This document shows, in pieces, positions 56,901 to 64,000 of a stretch of DNA of 64,000 nt. The notes beneath the pieces are model-generated. The model made no database searches. It was given only the letters and a program-made list of their open reading frames with translations, and was not told the origin of the DNA. A program made the translations under genes and the position numbers. Every line of letters starts with the position of its first letter. Positions within the stretch are counted from its first letter, which is position 1. Where the stretch lies: positions 90,706,001-90,770,000 of the forward strand of contig OX597820.1 of the NCBI GenBank assembly GCA_951406725.2, given 5' to 3'. This DNA is from Octopus vulgaris (taxonomy: Eukaryota).

Positions 56901-57818
56901 TTAAAAATGAGAGAGACGGGGTAAAATAGATAGACATAGATAGATGTATGTGTAACTCTGTGTGTGTGTGATTGTGTGTATGTGTGTGCGTGAGTGTATG
57001 TAATTATGAATGTATTTATGCATGTTTGGGAGTTAGCTACTATTGTATGCTAATGTATAACCATGGAAAGAATGTGTAGAATAATACAGGAATACCGGCA
57101 TGTACAGGTGTTACGTAGTGACTGTTCGAGAACAGATGAGATCGTTTCCTACTCGGAACAGAAAAGATTTACCAGCACGATGATAAATATTATTCTCAAC
57201 TACAACGGATAAAATGTACGCACATACATACAGTCACAAGTATATGCATGCATACGTGCACACACACATACATACATACATACATATACACATGCAAAAA
57301 TACGTTCATACGTTCATACAAACATACATATAACCATACGTGCATGCATATATAGATTCATACACGTTTGTATATAAATATATATATATATATTATCTTT
57401 ATGTTTTATTAGCTTTAGTCACCTGACAACGGCCATGCTGTGGCACAGCCTTGAAGTCGAATATATCAACACCGGCACTTACTTTAATATGGTATAAATA
57501 ATAAAGGACATTTACTGGCCCGTTAGATTATGGTGAGTTGTAGTCAGGTGGTGAGATGGAAAAAGGATAAGCTCAAAGTAAAGGACATGTACACATGCTT
57601 TCACATACACTCCCATGCGCACCAGTACAAGGACACACACACATACACACCACATACACACAAATACATATTGATTACTTGTAATTGTTTGCAAATTTAT
57701 TAAAAGTAATGCATGAAAGAATTCAGCAAAACACGCGCTTGGACATCTCTGACAAGATTTGTCTAACATCGGGTTTCATCAGTATTCAATGAAGTAGTTA
57801 CATCGAGTGATAAACGTA

Positions 57819-57865
<47 letters not shown>

Positions 57866-58021
57866 TACATGCGTGTGTGTATGCACATGCGAATATATAT
57901 ACATACATGTACATACACGCACACATATATATGTGTATATACGTATGTGTATACATATATATTCACACAGACATATATATATATAGATGTAAATATATTT
58001 ATAAATATATATATACATATA

Positions 58022-58086
<65 letters not shown>

Positions 58087-58231
58087 TTATATTTATATAC
58101 ATATATATATATGCATGCAGACATGTGTATATGTATACATATATATATATACACACATACATATGTATATATATACACACACATACAACTAATAAAGCTA
58201 CAAAGACATTGCAAAATATATATTTACAGGT

Positions 58232-58300
<69 letters not shown>

Positions 58301-59069
58301 AACACGCACAAATATATGTGAGTACACGCAGGCACAAAACACACATACACATATCCTCTCCGCATTCATGATTCGTAATATGCACATGCAAATTCAGAAT
58401 GTAAATCTTTCATATCCAAGCAAAAGAATATATAGATATGTTATATTCCATGAATGCCTCTCTATGCTTTACGTTTCTGACTATACTATACATGTGCGTT
58501 TGTATGTACATACCAATGTGTTAACAAGCATGATGTTGTTTGCTTGTCCGAATTTGAGGTCTCCGAGTAAGCGTGCAACGAGCGTTTAGATATAACAACA
58601 TAAACATTGTTCATGAAATATAGACAGGAGAGCATACCATGGATTTGAATACTAAGACCGGGTATTATCTAGATAGCAGTGTGACAATGCATTTTGCAAT
58701 GTAAAAGAATAGCAAAGGAAGATTACTTATGAACATATCAACAAATATATTGCAAAACTACTATCTGTTAGAAATGTTGTATACATAAGTATTGCACATA
58801 TCTATCTATACGTAAATGTAGCTATTATATATACATTTTTATATGTATATATGCATGTATGGATGTATGTATGTATGTATGCATGTTTATATATATGTAT
58901 GTTTGCATGTATATATATATGTATATATATATATATGTATGTATAAATACACACACATATATGTCTGTGTGCTATATATATTTATGATTCATGCTTGTAC
59001 CTAGATATACATATGTGACTAAATATGAATATATATGTAGAAATACGAATATATATAGATATAAATATG

Positions 59070-59124
<55 letters not shown>

Positions 59125-59502
59125 ATGCATGTATTTATGTATACACATGTATGTTGATACGTATATCGGTAAGACTATACATTTGTTTGCACATAAATAC
59201 TGGAAAGTTATCCGTATATATACTTTTATATACATATACAAACACTAACAAACCCATATGTATGTGCTGTGTGTGTGTGGGTATGTTCAGGTTTATGTAT
59301 CTAAACTCTCACATTAATGCATACAAACACACACTCACATACACTAACACAAACACATATATATATGTAGAAGAATGATAAAGAGAAAGTTATTTGTATA
59401 GTATTATATACGTATTTAAAAAAATGAATGGAGATAGCTGAATTCAAATAAGAATTATCCTCTCAGAAAAGCCATTTCTACTTAATCTTTAAAATATATC
59501 TA

Positions 59503-59650
<148 letters not shown>

Positions 59651-59651
59651 G

Positions 59652-59734
<83 letters not shown>

Positions 59735-60242
59735 TGTATGTATGTATCTTATTTTTATTTCAATATCTAGAGACATAACAAACACACAAACACACATAAT
59801 AGCACGTGTGCGATATTTTGTGACAATGTGTATTTTGATACTCCTAAATATATTTATTATATGAAAGTTTTAAGAGGATTCCTAATATATATGAAAATAT
59901 CTTTACTTTCATGTATTGAGTACATTCTGTGTGTTTATTTTGGGACAGAGTGAAATGATTCCTTCTCCATACCAATATTGCTAAGGATTTCCCTAGTCAC
60001 ACGCCAATTTCGAAAAGAAACATATGCATGCTGCATACATATGTGTGTACAAAGATTTTTTCATATTAATTTATATATATATATATATATTTGTATGTAT
60101 GTATGGATAGATAGATATAGATATAGATATATATAGATGTATATATATGGATATTTTTTATGTATGTTTGTATGTATGCATATATACATATTTGTATGTA
60201 TATATATATAAATATATATATATGTATATGTATGTATGTATG

Positions 60243-60286
<44 letters not shown>

Positions 60287-60297
60287 TATATATATAT

Positions 60298-60613
60298 CGC
60301 AGCACTCCGTGGCTTACAATGATGCAGGCTTCAGTGATCCGATCAAAGCAACAGCCCGCTCGTGAAATTAGTCTGCAAGTGGCTGAGCACACCAGAGACA
60401 TGTCTACACTTAACGTAGTTCTTGGGGAAGACTCAGCGTGATATAAAGTTTGACAAGAGAAACAGGAAGAAACAATGAGAGAATGTTGTGGTGAAAGGGT
60501 GCAGCAGAAGCTCATGGAGCGCAATAAACACTCACAACGCCCGGTCTGGGAATCGAAACCATGAACCTTCGTCCGCGTGTTCGCTGCCTTAACCACTGGG
60601 CCATTGCACCTCC
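60298..60613 (-). mobile_element. tRNA-derived SINE (copy 1 in the duplication)
   Basis: Minus strand ggaggtgcaatggcccagtggttaagg (A box)...ggtttcgattcccagaccgggc (B box). Confidence 0.85.
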
Positions 60614-60735
60614 ACACACAAACAAACACATCATACACATATACGTACATAATTAAATAATATATATATATATGTATATATATTTATACATAAATTAATA
60701 TATATTTGTATTTATTATATATATATATATTCATA

Positions 60736-60789
<54 letters not shown>

Positions 60790-60821
60790 AAAAAACACAT
60801 AAATTACATATGTATATATGC

Positions 60822-60883
<62 letters not shown>

Positions 60884-61169
60884 TCATTATTATATTTCGC
60901 TAATGCATTGCGATACACATAACTTCCTGTTAGGACTCAATACACATGTGCTCTAGAACAAAGTGTGAGTCGAGTACACAGCAGCAATCAGAAAATAGTA
61001 TTACAAATGAATAAAAAAGAATTATGTGATGAACTGCATATGCTTAGAACTGTTTCTGCTATGGGATGTAGTGTACTCAAAGTTTCATCCTAGCATCAAA
61101 CATACATTGCAATATTCTTTGGAAAACCATTTACTTGTACATATACATATATAGAGTTACATTCGTACA

Positions 61170-61202
<33 letters not shown>

Positions 61203-61233
61203 GCATATATATATGTGTGTGTGTGTGTATACA

Positions 61234-61308
<75 letters not shown>

Positions 61309-61367
61309 ATACATATTTGTATGTATATATATATAAATATATATATATGTATATGTATGTATGTATG

Positions 61368-61420
<53 letters not shown>

Positions 61421-61422
<2 letters not shown>

Positions 61423-61736
61423 CAGCACTCCGTGGCTTACAATGATGCAGGCTTCAGTGATCCGATCAAAGCAACAGCCCGCTCGTGAAATTAGTCTGCA
61501 AGTGGCTGAGCACACCAGAGACATGTCTACACTTAACGTAGTTCTTGGGGAAGACTCAGCGTGATATAAAGTTTGACAAGAGAAACAGGAAGAAACAATG
61601 AGAGAATGTTGTGGTGAAAGGGTGCAGCAGAAGCTCATGGAGCGCAATAAACACTCACAACGCCCGGTCTGGGAATCGAAACCACGAACCTTCGAACGCG
61701 TGTCCGCTGCCTTAACAACTGGGCCATTGCACCTCC
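61421..61736 (-). mobile_element. tRNA-derived SINE (copy 2 in the duplication)
   Basis: Near-identical to 60298-60613. Confidence 0.85.
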
Positions 61737-61828
61737 ACGCACAAACAAACACATACACATATACATACATAATTAAATAATATCTATATGTATATATCTT
61801 TATACATAAATTAATATATATTTGTATT

Positions 61829-61895
<67 letters not shown>

Positions 61896-61970
61896 TATAT
61901 ACTTATATATATCTATATTGAAAAACACATAAATTACATATATATATATGTATATGTGTATATATATGTT

Positions 61971-62063
<93 letters not shown>

Positions 62064-62372
62064 TCATCATTATATTTAGCTAATGCATTGCGATACACAT
62101 AACTTGTTGTTAGGACTCAATACACATGTGCTCTAGAACAAAGTGTGAGTCGAGTACACAGCAGCAATCAGAAAATATATTACAAATGAATAAAAAAGAA
62201 TTATGTGATGAACTGCATATGCTTAGAACTGTTTCTGCTATGGGATGTAGTGTACTCAAAGTTTCATCTTAGCATCAGACATACATCGCAATATTCTTTG
62301 GAAAACCATGTACTTGTACATATACATATATAGAGTTACATTGTTACGTACATACATACATACATACATATA

Positions 62373-62544
<172 letters not shown>

Positions 62545-62614
62545 TGTGTGTGTTTTTATGTTTACAAGTGACAGGATAAATGAAAAGGAGCAATCAACAC
62601 TTCTAGTAGGAGTT

Positions 62615-62667
<53 letters not shown>

Positions 62668-63522
62668 GTGTGTGTGTGTGTGTATTTATGTATATATAGG
62701 TGTGTGTGTGTATATCTCTCTAAATGTATAAATATATATATCTATATATTTACGAATGGAGTATGGGAAATCCGTGTTACATAACTTTCATAGCGAGTGG
62801 AACCTCAGAAATGATAAGCACCCAGTGAAGCGTATACCGCCGGCTATCCTTCAGACCAAGGGTATCTGAATTAGATAAAAGGCTACGTTGTCGCAATAAG
62901 ATACATGTGACGCAAATGTGTGTCTGTGTGTGAGTGTATGTGGAAGTGTTTATGTTTGTGTGCGTGTGAACGTATATATATATTTATATTTATATTATAT
63001 ATATGTGTGTGTGTATATATATGCCATCAATCTGTTTATAATTATGGAAGCAAACACACTCACACACTCATATACAAACGCACCCATATACATATTTATA
63101 CGCATATTCTGTTTGTATATATGTATATGTGTATATATGTATATGTATATATGTCTGTGCACACACAAGCAAATTACATTTTTATGTAATTATATAATGT
63201 TAATTCATTTAAAATTTATACTCTAAAAGTTACATCCCTAGTAAATCTATTCTAGCTAATAAAAATATGATGATATTATGTATAAAAATCTGGTTCAATA
63301 ATCTGAGATTTTTACTCCATGTGAGTGTTGGATTAACATAAGATAACAGAGGATATTTCACATAAACCTTTCTCTAGTTGTTGATACATTATTTAACAAA
63401 AGGCGTTTTGTAGTTGCGGTTATTTCGTACACCCACACACATACTCACACATACTTAACCCATACACACTCCGAAATATGTATATAGTATATATAGCTGT
63501 CTATATAAAAATACATACATAC

Positions 63523-63599
<77 letters not shown>

Positions 63600-63730
63600 T
63601 ATACTAATATTTTCACAAGTATGTACATGTTATTACGTTATACTCATATGCAAATGTGTATTGTAATCATACTATTATGCATGTATGTATATATACATAT
63701 ATATGTTGTAGGGGTGTATACATATTCATA

Positions 63731-63770
<40 letters not shown>

Positions 63771-63975
63771 CATATGTGTATATATTTGTGTTTGTGTTTG
63801 AGATTGTGTGCGTGCATATGTGTGTGATTGTGTGGATGTGTGTGCGTGTGTCTATACGGAGCGGAGACAAAGAGATCGATCGATCGATAGATAGATAGAT
63901 TCGTAGGTATATGTATATAAAGATACATAGACAGATACGTTGATTTTGATATTCTTTCATCTTTCACTTTTGCAG

Positions 63976-64000
63976 AACATTGTTTGTTGACCTCACCGTG
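63976..64000 (+). CDS. Probable second coding exon, running off the window
   Basis: Polypyrimidine tract ttctttcatctttcacttttgCAG (AG at 63974-63975) with TTGAT branch-like motifs upstream. The phase-1 join to 47665 gives ...IFPS-E-H-C-L-L-T-S-P-(TGN) with no stop; the phase-0 frame hits TGA. Confidence 0.5.

Larger units (their letters stand above)
60185..62370. repeat. Tandem duplication of a ~1.12-1.18 kb unit bounded by microsatellites
   Basis: SINE at 60298 recurs at 61421; unique block taatgcattgcgatacac... at 60901 recurs at 62081; only a few substitutions between copies. Confidence 0.9.

Overview
This is AT-rich eukaryotic genomic DNA saturated with (TA)n, (CA)n, (TACA)n, (GATA)n and (ATT)n microsatellites. 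The repeat landscape and tRNA-derived SINE families suggest a cephalopod, very likely Octopus (inference, not database-checked). Almost all listed ORFs are microsatellite artefacts. One probable host gene is visible: a signal-peptide first coding exon at 47593-47665 (+; MKFGYTSMMSGVTVVVFLLLIFPS). It is followed by a ~16.3 kb phase-1 intron and a strong in-frame acceptor at 63975, 25 nt before the window ends. The rest is transposon debris: Penelope-like element (PLE) RT and GIY-YIG remnants, a Tc1/mariner DD37D-like copy, a fold-back mariner, RTE, CR1-like, Tx1-like and R4-like LINE fragments, MITEs and many SINEs. The most interesting signal is a set of type I hammerhead ribozyme motifs from several unrelated repeat families. 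The best one is at 7631-7728 (-), inside a non-coding 583-bp unit present as ~1.4 tandem copies, the structure expected of a retrozyme or circRNA-templated insertion. Another (16987-17033) has a U3-A8 compensatory core. A possible decayed multi-Ig-domain pseudogene lies on the minus strand at ~17.8-22.2 kb (low confidence). All folds and translations were done by eye.
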